63,160 bases of DNA, taken from assembly GCA_030740155.1 (NCBI GenBank), contig JASLXV010000095.1, positions 1-63,160 on the forward strand, read 5' to 3'. The notes under the pieces are model-generated. The model was not told the DNA's origin. It worked only from the letters and a program-made list of their open reading frames with translations, and searched no databases. Position 1 is the first letter of the stretch; every line of letters starts with the position of its first letter. Source of the DNA: Dehalococcoidia bacterium (GTDB lineage: Bacteria; Chloroflexota; Dehalococcoidia; Lucifugimonadales; UBA3495). A program made the position numbers and the translations under genes. Positions 19,729-30,653 of this stretch are shown piece by piece.

Positions 19729-21084
19729 ATGCAGGTCTCCACCCAGTCTAGCGAATCGCGGCGAGGCGGCCGCATTTTTTATGGCTGGTGGATAGTCGCC
19801 GTTACTTCAGTGCAGGGGATGATCGGTAACGGCGCTATCTCCAGCGGATTTCCGATATTCTTCGAGCCTATCCGCACGACCTTGGGGATCGGCTACGCCT
19901 CCATGTCCCTGGTGCTGAGCCTGGCCCGGGCGGAGGGTGGCATGGGTGGCCCGTTGGTCGGGTGGCTGGTGGACAAGTTTGGCGGCCGGCCCATGATCCT
20001 CTTCGGTGGGCTAACCGCCGGCGTGGGGTTGGTCCTGGTTTCCCACGCGCAGACCTATTGGCAATTCGTCTTGCTTTTTGTCGGTGTGGTCTCGGTTGGC
20101 AAGACCGCGGGCCTGGGCCAGACCCTAATGGCCACGGTCAACCAGTGGTTCATTCGCCGCAAGGCGGTGGCCATGTCGGCGTTGATGACCTCTTTCGCGG
20201 GCGGCGGGGCCATCGTGGTGCCCCTGCTGGGTCTGGGCATCGACCGCATAGGGTGGCGGGATACCCTGCAGATCACCGGAATTCTCATTGGTTTGCTAAC
20301 TATACCGGTGGCCCTGGTGGTCCGGAGCAGGCCGGAGGACAAGGGGTTGAGGCCGGACGGCGATGCCGCGCCTTTGGTGGAGAGGCTGGGTGGCCCGGCA
20401 GGGGCCAGGTCCCGTCGAGAACCCGGGGATTTCACTGTTCGCGAGGCCACCCGCACCCGGACATTCTGGTTCATGCTGTTGGGAGTTGTCGCCCGGGTAT
20501 CGGCCACCAACGCCATCATCATTCACATATTCCCCTTGTTGGAAGACGAAGGGATGTCCTCGGGTAACGCGGCCATTTACGTGTCGGTGATGTTCTTCAT
20601 GGCGATACCGTTGCGCTTCATCCTGGGCGTCGCCGGCGGCCGGGTGTCTCCCCGCAAGCTGCTTTTCGTGGGGATGAACCTGGGAGCCCTGGGCCTGCTG
20701 GCGCTGCGCGGCTTGGATGGAACGCTCGGGGTTGTAATCTTCATCCTGGCCTTTGGGGTGGTAGAGGGTGTCACCGCGGTCAACTGGATAATGTTGGGCG
20801 ACTATTTTGGCCGGAGCCGTTTCGCCAGCCTCATGGGGTTCATGAGCGTGTTCCATAACATGGGGATGTTCGTCGCTCCCATCTTCAGTGGATGGGTGAA
20901 AGACCAGACAGGGAGCTACAACCTGGTGCTGATCGCCTTCGCACCCTTGTTCATGGCCAGCGGCCTGATGTTCCTGCTGGCCCGCCGGCCGCCACCGCCG
21001 CCGGTGCGCGTGGAGGAACGGGAGCACGATCAGTCGACCGCGCCCCGCCCGCCACAGCCCTATTCCCCTCCAAGTGGTAGCTGA
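19729..21084 (+). CDS. MFS transporter
   Basis: IFYGWWIV, GWLVDKFGGR motif A, about 12 TM segments, DYFGR. Confidence 0.92.
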   Translation: MQVSTQSSESRRGGRIFYGWWIVAVTSVQGMIGNGAISSGFPIFFEPIRTTLGIGYASMSLVLSLARAEGGMGGPLVGWLVDKFGGRPMILFGGLTAGVGLVLVSHAQTYWQFVLLFVGVVSVGKTAGLGQTLMATVNQWFIRRKAVAMSALMTSFAGGGAIVVPLLGLGIDRIGWRDTLQITGILIGLLTIPVALVVRSRPEDKGLRPDGDAAPLVERLGGPAGARSRREPGDFTVREATRTRTFWFMLLGVVARVSATNAIIIHIFPLLEDEGMSSGNAAIYVSVMFFMAIPLRFILGVAGGRVSPRKLLFVGMNLGALGLLALRGLDGTLGVVIFILAFGVVEGVTAVNWIMLGDYFGRSRFASLMGFMSVFHNMGMFVAPIFSGWVKDQTGSYNLVLIAFAPLFMASGLMFLLARRPPPPPVRVEEREHDQSTAPRPPQPYSPPSGS

Positions 21085-21113
21085 ACGATGATCGAGTGAA
21101 CCTCATTAGGAAT

Positions 21114-21162
21114 CCCTCACCCTCGTTCCCTCTCCCATTGGGAGAGGGAACGAGGGTGAGGG
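21114..21162. repeat. Perfect 49-bp palindrome (CCCTCACCC/GGGAGAGGG REP-like family)
   Basis: CCCTCACCCTCGTTCCCTCTCCC-ATT-GGGAGAGGGAACGAGGGTGAGGG; relatives at 45828-45893 and 53611-53645. Confidence 0.85.
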
Positions 21163-21238
21163 CGTGTCCCGGCCCGCCGCCGCCGGTTGCTGCGAAATGA
21201 TGCGAGTGATACTATATTTCATCTAAGGAGGTGGCCAA

Positions 21239-22114
21239 TTGGAATGGATTGATTATGCCGCACCAAAGACCATCACCGAAGCCGTCGGGCTTTTGGCCTC
21301 CAAGGAAAACCGGGCCAGGGTTATGGCCGGGGCCACCGACATCCTGGTCCAGATGCGGGCCGGGCGTCGCGGCGCCGGTCTTTTGGTTGACGTGAAAGGG
21401 ATTCCAGAGCTTAACCAAATCTCCTATGACCCCCAACAGGGCCTGGTATTGGGTGCCGCGGTACCCTGTTTCCGCATTTACGGAGACCAGGTGGTGATCT
21501 CGAACTACCCGGGGCTTATCGATGCCGCGTCGCTGATCGGCGGGATCCAGATTCAGGGCCGGGCCAGCATCGGTGGCAACCTATGCAACGCCGCTCCCAG
21601 CGGGGACTCCATACCGCCGGTCATCGTGGTGGGCGGGGTTTGTCACATCGCCGGGCCGAGCGGCACCCGCCAGTTGCTCGCCGAAGAGTTTTGCACCGGG
21701 CCGGGCCAGAACGCGTTGCAACCCGGCGAAATCCTGGTGTCCATCAATATTCCGCCGCCCCAGGCCCATTCCGGCGCCTGCTACCTGCGCTTTACTCCCC
21801 GAAACGAGATGGATATCGCCGTCGCCGGGGTAGGAAGCTCGGTGGTGTTGGACGCTTCGGGGCAAAACATCGTCTCGGCCCGAATCGCTTTGGCGTCGGT
21901 GGCGCCCACGCCGGTGTTGGCCAGAGAAGCCGGCGATAGCCTGGCGGGCAAGCCGGTCTCCGATGCGGCAATCCAGGAGGCGGCGGAGAAGGCCATGGCC
22001 GTCGCCAAACCGATCGACGACATGCGGGGCACCATCCGCCAGCGGATTCACCTGGTGGGTGTCCTGACCCGCCGCAGCCTGAACACCGCTATTCAACGCG
22101 CCAGGGGGAATTAA
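21239..22114 (+). CDS. Xanthine dehydrogenase/CoxM-family FAD-binding subunit
   Basis: MAGATD, RASIGGNLCNAAPSGD, PIDDMRG. Confidence 0.9.
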   Translation: MEWIDYAAPKTITEAVGLLASKENRARVMAGATDILVQMRAGRRGAGLLVDVKGIPELNQISYDPQQGLVLGAAVPCFRIYGDQVVISNYPGLIDAASLIGGIQIQGRASIGGNLCNAAPSGDSIPPVIVVGGVCHIAGPSGTRQLLAEEFCTGPGQNALQPGEILVSINIPPPQAHSGACYLRFTPRNEMDIAVAGVGSSVVLDASGQNIVSARIALASVAPTPVLAREAGDSLAGKPVSDAAIQEAAEKAMAVAKPIDDMRGTIRQRIHLVGVLTRRSLNTAIQRARGN

Positions 22115-22115
22115 A

Positions 22116-22595
22116 ATGCCCGGAGTGGTTCACGTTCAGACGACCATCAATGGGGAATCAGTTGATTTTCTATGCGAGCCCCGCCAGAGCCTGCTGGAAG
22201 TGCTGCGCGATGTTCTGGGCCTGACCGGCAGCAAAGAAGGTTGCAACGACGGAAACTGCGGGGCTTGCACCGTAAACTTCGACGGCCGGATCGTCGATTC
22301 CTGCCTGGTCTTGGCCGTGGAAGCCCAGGGCAAGGAGGTCAATACCATAGAGGGCTTGGCCACCGCCGAGGGGCTCCACCCGCTGCAGCAGGCTTTCCTG
22401 GAGCATGCCGCCCTCCAGTGCGGGATCTGCACTCCCGGGTTCATCGTCGCGGCCAAGGGCCTGCTGGACCAGGAACCCGAGGTGGATGAAGCCCGGGTCC
22501 GGCATTGGCTGGCCGGCAACCTGTGCCGTTGCACCGGCTACGACAAGATTGTCCGCGCCGTGCTGGATGCCAGCGTCAAGATGAAATCAGGGTGA
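22116..22595 (+). CDS. CoxS-family [2Fe-2S] subunit
   Basis: KEGCNDGNCGACTV, QCGICTPG, GNLCRCTGY. Confidence 0.93.
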   Translation: MPGVVHVQTTINGESVDFLCEPRQSLLEVLRDVLGLTGSKEGCNDGNCGACTVNFDGRIVDSCLVLAVEAQGKEVNTIEGLATAEGLHPLQQAFLEHAALQCGICTPGFIVAAKGLLDQEPEVDEARVRHWLAGNLCRCTGYDKIVRAVLDASVKMKSG

Positions 22596-22602
22596 CCGGT
22601 TA

Positions 22603-24870
22603 GTGGCCTCGAATGTAGTCCTGTCTCAAGTTGAGTACCGGGTCGTCGGCAAGCGCGTACCCCGGCCCGATGGCGTGGACAAGGTCACCGGCCGCGCTCA
22701 ATTTGGGGCAGACATCAACCTGGCCGGTCTGCTGCACGGAAAGGTCTTGCGCAGCCCCCACGCCCACGCGAAGATCAAGTCCATCGACACCAGCCGGGCG
22801 GAGGCCTACCCTGGTGTCAAGGCCGTGGTCACCGCGCGGGACCTGCCCCTCGCTTCCCTGACGCGGGAGCAATTGGGGGGTGAATACCAGAAGCTCAAGA
22901 TCGCCAGCGACCTTGTTTTGGCCAGCGATAGGGTCCTTTTCAAGGGCCAAGGCGTGGCCGCCGTGGCCGCTACAAATCCCCATGTGGCCGGGGAAGCGGT
23001 CAAGCTGATCGAAGTGGAGTACGAAGAACTGCACCCCCTGCTGGATGTCCTCGCGGCCATGGAGGAGGGGGCGCCGCTGCTTCACGAGGACCTCTACACC
23101 TCTTTCATGGGTGAAACCTCCGAGCAGTGCAGCAACATCGCCGCCCACTTGAGCTTCGAAAAAGGCGACGCGGAGCGGGGATTCGCCGAGGCCGAGGTGG
23201 TGGTGGAGCGGGAGTTCCGGACCGCCTGGGTGCATCAGGGCTACATCGAGCCCCAGGCGAGCACTGCCTGCTGGAACGCCGACGGTCAGTTGGCGATCTG
23301 GTCCAGCACCCAGGGGGCCTTCGGGGTGCGGGCCGAAGTGGCCGGCGTGCTGCGCCACTCGGTGTCGAAGATCAAAGTCACCCCGATGGAGGTTGGCGGT
23401 GGTTTCGGGGGCAAGCTGCCGGCGTTCTTGGAGTCACTGGCGACCCTATTGTCCCGGAAAACCGGCCAGCCGGTCAAGCTGGTTATGACCCGCACCGAAG
23501 TGTTTGAGAGTTCCAGCCCGGCATCGGGCTCCTGGGTCAAGGTGAAGATGGGCGCCGCCAAAAACGGCAGGCTCACCGCGATCCAGCTCACCCTGGCCTA
23601 TGAGGCTGGGGCCTACCCCGGCGCTCCGATCTCCCAGGGTATCGGCGCCGGCGTCGCCTGCTATGACGTCCCCAACGCGCTGGCTGACGGCTACGACGTG
23701 GTGGTGAACAAGCCCAAGTCCGGCGCGTACCGGGCTCCCGGCGGCCCCCAGGCGAACTTCGCCGTGGAATCGGTGGCGGACGAACTCTGCCAGAAGCTGG
23801 GGATGGACCCGATCGAGTTTCGCCTGATCAACGCCTCCAAAGAGGGCACCCGCCGCATTGAGGGTCCCGTCATACGGCGCGTCGGCCTGGTGGAGTGTTT
23901 GGAGGCTGCCCGGAACCACGATCACTACAGAACACCCCTCACCGGCAAGAACCGCGGCCGGGGCGTGGCCTGCGGGTTCTGGCACAACCGCGGCTTCGTT
24001 TCGAGTTGCCATGTCACCGTCAATCCGGATGGCTCGGTAGGCGTGGCGAGCGGGTCGGTGGACCTCTCCGGCACCAGAGTCACGATCGCTCAGCAGACCG
24101 CTGAGGCACTGGGGATCGACTACGAAGACGTGCGGCCCGCCGTTGTGGATACCGATTCCATCGCCTTTACCTTCGTAACCGGCGGTAGCCGGACCACCTT
24201 CGCCACCGGCTTGGCCGCCATTAACGCCGCCGAAGAGGTGAAGCAGCAGATGGTGGAGCGGGCGGCCAGAATCTGGGAGGCATCGGCCGAGGACGTCGAG
24301 TACGTGGACGGCGTGATCAGTCACAAGTCGGACTCTAAGCTGCGGTTTACCTTCCGGGAGTTGGCCGGCCGGCTGCTGTCCACCGGCGGCGCGATCACTG
24401 GGAAGTGCAACATCGACCCCTCCGGTGAGGGCAACGCCTTCAGCGTCCACCTGGTGGATGTGGAGGTTGACCCGGAGACGGGCAAGACGAACATCCTGCG
24501 ATACACCGCAATCCAGGACGTGGGCAAGGCCGTCCATCCCAGCTTCGTAGAGGGCCAGATGCAGGGCGGCGTGGCCCAGGGTATCGGCTGGGCGTTGAAC
24601 GAAGAGTATTTCTTCAATGACCGGGGCCAGATGATGAACCCCAGCTTCCTGGACTACCGAATGCCCACCACCCTTGACCTGCCCTGGATCGACACGGTGA
24701 TCGTGGAGGTCGCCAATGCAGGCCACCCGTACGGCGTGCGTGGAGTGGGCGAGAATGCCATCGTCGCGCCGCCGGCGGCCGTCGCCAACGCCGTTTCTCA
24801 CGCCACCGGGGTCCGGATGAACAGCCTACCCTTGAGCCCCGGCAAGATACTGGAGGCCCTGGGCGGATAG
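22603..24870 (+). CDS. Xanthine dehydrogenase family molybdopterin-binding subunit
   Basis: DKVTG, RSPHAHA, GGGFGGK, AYRAPG, GQMQGG, RGVGE. Confidence 0.92.
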   Translation: MASNVVLSQVEYRVVGKRVPRPDGVDKVTGRAQFGADINLAGLLHGKVLRSPHAHAKIKSIDTSRAEAYPGVKAVVTARDLPLASLTREQLGGEYQKLKIASDLVLASDRVLFKGQGVAAVAATNPHVAGEAVKLIEVEYEELHPLLDVLAAMEEGAPLLHEDLYTSFMGETSEQCSNIAAHLSFEKGDAERGFAEAEVVVEREFRTAWVHQGYIEPQASTACWNADGQLAIWSSTQGAFGVRAEVAGVLRHSVSKIKVTPMEVGGGFGGKLPAFLESLATLLSRKTGQPVKLVMTRTEVFESSSPASGSWVKVKMGAAKNGRLTAIQLTLAYEAGAYPGAPISQGIGAGVACYDVPNALADGYDVVVNKPKSGAYRAPGGPQANFAVESVADELCQKLGMDPIEFRLINASKEGTRRIEGPVIRRVGLVECLEAARNHDHYRTPLTGKNRGRGVACGFWHNRGFVSSCHVTVNPDGSVGVASGSVDLSGTRVTIAQQTAEALGIDYEDVRPAVVDTDSIAFTFVTGGSRTTFATGLAAINAAEEVKQQMVERAARIWEASAEDVEYVDGVISHKSDSKLRFTFRELAGRLLSTGGAITGKCNIDPSGEGNAFSVHLVDVEVDPETGKTNILRYTAIQDVGKAVHPSFVEGQMQGGVAQGIGWALNEEYFFNDRGQMMNPSFLDYRMPTTLDLPWIDTVIVEVANAGHPYGVRGVGENAIVAPPAAVANAVSHATGVRMNSLPLSPGKILEALGG

Positions 24871-25106
24871 GCGGAGCGGCCGGAACCGGGACTTTCCGCC
24901 GGGACTTTCTGATTGTGTGGCGAAATCCCCCTTTAATCCCCCTTTGCGAAAGAGGGACCGAGTTAGTATGTTCTTGGAGTAAGGGTTTTTCGTTGTGAAA
25001 ATTGGAAGGTCTTCCGTAGTTCAGGAGGCGGGTCGCCAACGGAACTTGAGTGTTCAGCCGTCGGTCAATACCGTTGGCTGATAGCTGATAGCAGGAGCCC
25101 GGCGCT

Positions 25107-25373
25107 TTGGCCACGGTGTTCATACCCACCATGCTCCAGGCCATGACCGGTGGGGTCAAGCGGGTCGAACTGGCGGCTGAAAACGTCCGCCAGGTTGTCG
25201 ACGGTCTCGACCGGCTCTTCCCGGGGATGAGGGACCACCTGGTGGTGGAGGGGCGAATCAAGCCCAACCTGGCCATTGCCATCGACGGCGAGGTGGCCCG
25301 GATGGGCCTGTTGGAGAAGGTGGGCGAGCACAGCGAGGTCCATTTCGTGCCCGCCATCGGCGGCGGGGCCTGA
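25107..25373 (+). CDS. MoaD/ThiS family ubiquitin-like protein
   Basis: ATVFIPT...EVHFVPAIGGG. Confidence 0.85.
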   Translation: MATVFIPTMLQAMTGGVKRVELAAENVRQVVDGLDRLFPGMRDHLVVEGRIKPNLAIAIDGEVARMGLLEKVGEHSEVHFVPAIGGGA

Positions 25374-25687
25374 GGCCGCTCCGGTAGCCATGTCTCATCG
25401 GTTGGATCGCCGCCCTATCCAGGTGGCCGGTCGCCACGGTGAACCCGGCCAGGATTTTCCACTTTCCTTTCCGGTTCAACCGTAACTACTTTCGTAAGTA
25501 CTTTCGTTGAGCCGCTTCTTGGGCCCCCTTCCGAACCGCCTCGCGTCATGCCACCCCTCAGTAACGTTCTTTGCGAGGCAACGATACTCCCTTTGGCGAC
25601 GTTTCTTGTGAGTCAATTCGCGGCGTTGACGCTTTGCGGGAACGCCTCGTAGAATGGTGCAATGAGTGTGATGATGGCGATGTTGTC

Positions 25688-26212
25688 TTGACGGAAAGAA
25701 GGGCCAAGCGCCGGTCGGAGACTCTGGTGTCGGCCGGAGGAGTGGTCTATCGACAGGTGAACGGACTGATTGAGGTTGTGCTATGCGGCCTGGTCATGCC
25801 AGTCGCGGGCGGCCGTGCCTGGGCCCGTCGGCGAACCGAAGTCAGTGGCGTTTCGAGTGAAAGAATCCGTTGGAGCCTGGCCAAAGGCACACCCGATCCT
25901 GGAGAGACCCTGGAGGAGACGGCTCTGCGGGAGGTCCGGGAGGAAACCGGCCTGGAAGTGGAGATCAACTCATCCCTGGGCAGCATCGAGTACTGGTTTT
26001 CGGACTACGAAGCGGATGTACGGTATCATAAGACCGTGCATTTTTATCTGATGGCGACCGTCGGCGGCGACATGGGGCTCCACGACCCGGAGTTCGACGT
26101 AGTGCAATGGTTCTCGCTGGACGAGGCGTTCACCACGATATCCTATCCCAACGAAGCTGACGTCCTGCGCCGGGCGCTGGAGACCATTGGGAAGGCCAAG
26201 GGGGACCGCTAA
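25688..26212 (+). CDS. NUDIX hydrolase (start uncertain)
   Basis: SAGGVVY; Nudix box GETLEETALREVREETG. Confidence 0.88.
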   Translation: MTERRAKRRSETLVSAGGVVYRQVNGLIEVVLCGLVMPVAGGRAWARRRTEVSGVSSERIRWSLAKGTPDPGETLEETALREVREETGLEVEINSSLGSIEYWFSDYEADVRYHKTVHFYLMATVGGDMGLHDPEFDVVQWFSLDEAFTTISYPNEADVLRRALETIGKAKGDR

Positions 26213-26213
26213 T

Positions 26214-26807
26214 ATGGTGGAACTCCAGGGCGCAAGGGTAGTGCTTCGGGACAAACGCCTGGATGACGCTGAGCAGGACTACATCTGGCGTAGCGATCCC
26301 GAGTTGGCGGCGTTGGACGCGGCCTTTCCGCTAACCATAAGCTTCGAGCGCTACAAGAAGATATTCCAGGACCAGTTGCGTTTTCCCACACCCGGATCCC
26401 ATCACTTTTCCACCGAGACCACCGACGGGGTGTTCATCGGCAACTGCATGTACTATGACCTGGACAACGTGAACCTGGAAACCGAACTGGGCATAGTCAT
26501 CGGCGACCGTGACTACTGGAGCAACTCCTACGGGTACGACGTGGTTACGACGCTGCTGGATTACCTGTTCTCCGAGAAGAAATTGAAGCGGGTCTACCTG
26601 CATACGCTGGAATGGAACCTGCGCGCCCAGCGCTGTTTCGAGAAATGCGGGTTCATTCGGGTCAGGCAGGTTCGCCGCCTCTCCCATGACTTCATTCTGA
26701 TGGAAGTGTGGCGGGCAGGATGGTTCGAAAACGCCGAAGAGCGCCTGGCCGCCCGGTGGCAGCATCGGGGTGGCGCCGCCGGGTCTGAAAACTCCAACTC
26801 GCAGTAG
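26214..26807 (+). CDS. GNAT family N-acetyltransferase (RimJ/RimL-like)
   Basis: ELGIVIGDRDYW, NLRAQRCFEKCGF. Confidence 0.88.
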   Translation: MVELQGARVVLRDKRLDDAEQDYIWRSDPELAALDAAFPLTISFERYKKIFQDQLRFPTPGSHHFSTETTDGVFIGNCMYYDLDNVNLETELGIVIGDRDYWSNSYGYDVVTTLLDYLFSEKKLKRVYLHTLEWNLRAQRCFEKCGFIRVRQVRRLSHDFILMEVWRAGWFENAEERLAARWQHRGGAAGSENSNSQ

Positions 26808-27037
26808 CCCCGGTCGCCCCTACAGCCTCTCGCGGGGCACACGGTCTCCTACCCAGGTTCTTTGCCCGGTGAGAGGTTCAGAGGGGAAATCCCCCCAACT
26901 CCCCTTTACGAAAGGGGGGCGATGCGGTAGCCCCGGTGGCTCCAGATACCCCTCTTGCGGGAGCATGTGGTGTCCCACCCCGGTTCTTCGCCCGCTGACG
27001 GGCTCAGAGAGGGCGGGGAATTCCCCCAACTCACCTG

Positions 27038-27784
27038 TCAAAGAGGGACTTGGCCGGACTCGGCTGCCTCGTGGGCCACGGCCAGGGCCTCCGGCAGGCG
27101 GATAGCGTCGACGTACAGGGCTCGGCCCAGGATGGCCCCCTCGACGCCGGTGCCGGCCAGACGCCGGATGTGCTCCAGCGCGGTGACGCCTCCCGACGCC
27201 AGGACCGCCATTCCGGTGTCCCGCACCAGTTCTTCGTTGGCGGCGAAGTTGGGCTCGGTCATGGTCCCATCCCGGGAGATGTCGGTATATAGCAGGCGGC
27301 TCACGCCCAGCCCGGCCATCCGCATCGCCAACTCCAGGGCAGTGAGGGGACTCCCCTCGGTCCAACCTTTGATGGCCACCCGGCCGTCCCGAGCGTCCAC
27401 CGCCACCACCACGCTGCCGCTGCCGTGCTTCCGGCAAAGGCCCTCAACCAGGGAAGGCTCCTGGACCGCCGCGGTGCCGATGACGACCCGGTCCGCGCCC
27501 GCCGCCAGCAGGCTTTCCGCGGTTTCCTCGTTCCGGATGCCCCCTCCTATCTGGACCGGTATGGTCAGTCGCTGGATGATCTGGCTGATGATCTCAAGGT
27601 TGGCCGGTTTCCCCTGGACCGCGCCGTCCAGGTCCACCAGGTGCAGCCGGGGCGCCCCCTGCTGCTCCCAGCCCAGGGCCACCGACACCGGGTCTTCGGA
27701 GTACACCGTCTCCCGCCGGTAGTCGCCCTGGTACAGCCGGACGCAGCGGCCCGCTCTCAGGTCAATGGAGGGGATGACTTCCAT
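27038..27784 (-). CDS. hisA: ProFAR isomerase
   Basis: IPSIDLRAGRCVRLYQG, HLVDLDGA, GGGIR, YTDISRDG. Confidence 0.95.
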   Translation of the reverse strand: MEVIPSIDLRAGRCVRLYQGDYRRETVYSEDPVSVALGWEQQGAPRLHLVDLDGAVQGKPANLEIISQIIQRLTIPVQIGGGIRNEETAESLLAAGADRVVIGTAAVQEPSLVEGLCRKHGSGSVVVAVDARDGRVAIKGWTEGSPLTALELAMRMAGLGVSRLLYTDISRDGTMTEPNFAANEELVRDTGMAVLASGGVTALEHIRRLAGTGVEGAILGRALYVDAIRLPEALAVAHEAAESGQVPL

Positions 27785-27820
27785 AGGGCTCACAAGCTGT
27801 CAGCTATCGGCATTCAGCGG

Positions 27821-28441
27821 TCAGCTCACCGGTTGGCGGGCGGCTAAAGCGACAAAGTTTTCGTAGATGCGCAGGCCGAGACCGGCGCTCTTCTCGGGGT
27901 GGAACTGGGTGGCCACCAGGTTGCCCTGGGCGTAAACGCTGCAAAAAGGCACCCCGTATTCGGTCACGCCGGCCACCCCCGCCCCATCCGCCGGCGCGGC
28001 ATAATAGCTGTGGACGAAGTAGAAGTAGCTGTCTTGGGGGATTCCCTTGAAAACCGGGTGCTCGGCATTGAACCGGACGCTGTTCCAGCCCATGTGGGGC
28101 ACCTTCAATCCCGGCGGCAGCCGCAGCACCTTGCCGGGAATGATTCCCAAGCACGGGGCGTCGCCTTCGTCGGTGCGCTCCAGCAGCAGTTGCAAGCCGA
28201 GGCACACCCCCAAGAAGGGCCTCCCCGAGGCTATATAGTCCCGCAACGGCTCCACCAGCCCCCGCTCTCGTAGCGCGGCCATCGCCGCCGGGCCGGAGCC
28301 GACCCCAGGCAGGATCACCGCATCGGCCGTCCTGATTTGGGCTGGGTCGCCCGTCACCTGGGGAGTCACGCCCGCCGACTCCAGCGCCTTGGCGACGCTC
28401 CGCAGGTTGCCGGACTCGTAATCGATCACCACCAGTTTCAT
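27821..28441 (-). CDS. hisH: Imidazole glycerol phosphate synthase, glutaminase subunit
   Basis: LPGVG, GVCLG, PHMGWN, YFVHSY, QFHPEKS. Confidence 0.96.
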   Translation of the reverse strand: MKLVVIDYESGNLRSVAKALESAGVTPQVTGDPAQIRTADAVILPGVGSGPAAMAALRERGLVEPLRDYIASGRPFLGVCLGLQLLLERTDEGDAPCLGIIPGKVLRLPPGLKVPHMGWNSVRFNAEHPVFKGIPQDSYFYFVHSYYAAPADGAGVAGVTEYGVPFCSVYAQGNLVATQFHPEKSAGLGLRIYENFVALAARQPVS

Positions 28442-28736
28442 TGCACTCGTTCCACTAGTTTCAGGGTTCTGGCAAATCTACTTTAACATCTCGCCCGCCC
28501 CGGGGTGTCACCGCGAGAACGGAAAGGGGCACGTTGGGTTGGGTCTTGGATAGACTCCTGGGCTTGATCGGGGGGTGGAATCCCCCTGAATCCCCCTTTA
28601 CAAAGGGGGACAGAAGGGGAGTCACTCCGGGAAGGGTTGGCAGCTTGTTTAGGGTTCGGTAGTTCTTTTTCTCCTCGGGATCGGCATTGCTAGATGTGAG
28701 CGCCGCTCTCGGGGTGATGGCGCCGGTCAATTTGGT

Positions 28737-29321
28737 TCAGCTTCGCTCGCCGGTGGCCCTTTCCAAGGGCAGGTCCCGGTCCTGGTAGCGGGCCGCCACG
28801 AAGAGCAGGTCCCCCAGGCGGTTCAGGTAGGTGATGATCAGGCCGTTGGTCAGCTTCCCCGCCTCTTGGAGCGCCACCACCCTTCGCTCGGCGGTGCGGA
28901 TGACGCAGCGCGCCAGGTCGATGGCCGCCGAGGCCGGGGAGCCGCCGGGCAGGATGAACACCTTGGGCATTTCCACGTCCTCCTCCAGGGAGTCGATGGT
29001 CTGCTCCAGTGCTTCGACCATTTGGAGCGTCACCGGCTGGAAGTGCTTCTGAAAAAGCTCGTACTTCTCGGGCTCGGTGGCCAGCTCGGCGGCGATGGTG
29101 AAAAGGTCCCGTTGCAGGTCCCTAAGGGTATCCTTCAGCCGGGCGTCCTGGGTCAAGGCCCTGGCCAGCCCCATGGCGGAGACCGCCTCATCGGTGATCC
29201 CGTACGCCTCGCAGTGGGGGTCGGACTTGGAGACGCGGCCCCCGTAGAGTAGGCTGGTCTCACCCTGGTCCCCGAACTTGGTGTAAACTTTCTTTCGGTA
29301 TCCCGAAGATGACGACGACAC
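28737..29321 (-). CDS. PduO-type cob(I)alamin adenosyltransferase
   Basis: VYTKFGDQGET, FILPGG, RTAER, YLNRLGDLLF. Confidence 0.9.
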   Translation of the reverse strand: MSSSSSGYRKKVYTKFGDQGETSLLYGGRVSKSDPHCEAYGITDEAVSAMGLARALTQDARLKDTLRDLQRDLFTIAAELATEPEKYELFQKHFQPVTLQMVEALEQTIDSLEEDVEMPKVFILPGGSPASAAIDLARCVIRTAERRVVALQEAGKLTNGLIITYLNRLGDLLFVAARYQDRDLPLERATGERS

Positions 29322-29795
29322 TGGATGGTCCTTTACGCGCGGACTGGGTTGGGTTTACATAATGCAGCGGAAGTGGACCCGCGCGTGTAGGAGAAATTGT
29401 AGCATGGGGGTGAGGGAGGGGGATATGCTTAGGTCGTTGCGAAATAGTATCGGACCATCATCGCGGATACTCCACAATGCTTGCCAAGCACTCCGCTCCC
29501 ATCGCCGTGTTTCCTTCGTCCTTGTGACAGGTCCCAGCACTCCATTACATCTGACCTGGTTCTAGGAGCAGGACTCACGCTAAGCTACCTGTCCGGTTCA
29601 CCGGGTCCTCCTCAATGTGAGGTGGACCCCATCAGTCGGACAAGATCTGGGCGAAACCAAGCGAGAGTCCCGCTGTCCCTCCACAGTTTACCACTGCTCT
29701 TCTGGGTGGCCACCCCCCTCTGTAGGCAATGGGCACCAGGAATAAGACACCCCGCGCATATCGAAAAAATCTAACCCTGAGCCGCCCCACCCCCG

Positions 29796-30653
29796 TCACA
29801 CCCCAGCCCTCCCCGCGATCTCCTCCATCGTGGTCAGCGCCTCTGGGCCGCCGCTTGGGTCTAGGCGTATCACCACTCGGTTCGCGCCGGCCCGGAACAG
29901 GTCGTCGATTATCGTCCGGTCCCGGAAGAGGCCGGGGCGTCCGAAGGCCACGACTTCGATGGAAGCCGGGTCCCGGCCGGCCTGGGCCGCGAGGCCGTCG
30001 AGGGCTTTGCGGCCCTGCTCTATCTCCTCCACCGACGGCTTGGTGGGCATCCACCCGTCGGCCCACTCCACCACACGCTTGAACACGTTCTTGGCGCTGC
30101 CCCCCAGAAAGATTGGCGGATGGGGCTTCTGGGCCGGTTTGGGGTAGAAGTGGACCGGCGGAAAATCGAAGTACCTCCCGTGGTATTCGGGCAGCTCCTT
30201 GGTCCAGAGTTCCTTCATCGCCATGACGGCGTCTTTGGTCTGGGTCCATCGGTGGGGAAAGTCTCCCCCCATGATCTCGGTCTCCTCTTTGAGCCAGCCG
30301 GAGCCGATGCCGAAGATGAACCGCCCCCCGGAGAAGTGGTCCAGGGTGGCGACCTCTTTGGCCAGGCGCAGCGGGTTGTGCTCCGGGACCAGGCAGACCC
30401 CGGTCCCCAGCTTTATCGTCTCGGTGACCGCCGAGGCCCGCGCCAGCGCCACGAACGGATCGACGATGTGGGCGTAGCCCGGGGGGATACCCTCTTCGGC
30501 GGGACGCCGGAACGGGTCCGATGTGGTGTGCACCGGGATGAGGGAGTGCTCCGAGACCCAGAACGACTCGAAGCCCAGCGCCTCGGCTCTTTGGGCCAGC
30601 ACGGCGGGGTCCAGGGAAGAGTCGGTCACCGACACGAAAAGGCCAATCTTCAT
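29796..30653 (-). CDS. LLM-class F420-dependent oxidoreductase
   Basis: AEALGFESFWVSEH, LAKEVATLDHFSGGR, PKPAQKPHPPIFLGG. Confidence 0.9.
   Translation of the reverse strand: MKIGLFVSVTDSSLDPAVLAQRAEALGFESFWVSEHSLIPVHTTSDPFRRPAEEGIPPGYAHIVDPFVALARASAVTETIKLGTGVCLVPEHNPLRLAKEVATLDHFSGGRFIFGIGSGWLKEETEIMGGDFPHRWTQTKDAVMAMKELWTKELPEYHGRYFDFPPVHFYPKPAQKPHPPIFLGGSAKNVFKRVVEWADGWMPTKPSVEEIEQGRKALDGLAAQAGRDPASIEVVAFGRPGLFRDRTIIDDLFRAGANRVVIRLDPSGGPEALTTMEEIAGRAGV

Noticed and set aside
21239..24870. Aerobic CO dehydrogenase (coxMSL)
   Set aside because: The active-site loop is AYRAPG, not form I AYRCSFR, so this is a generic xanthine-dehydrogenase-family enzyme of unknown substrate.
29340..29790. 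Small ORFs or tRNA between the adenosyltransferase and LLM genes
   Set aside because: No cloverleaf or T-loop motif, and the ORFs lack an RBS or recognisable domains.
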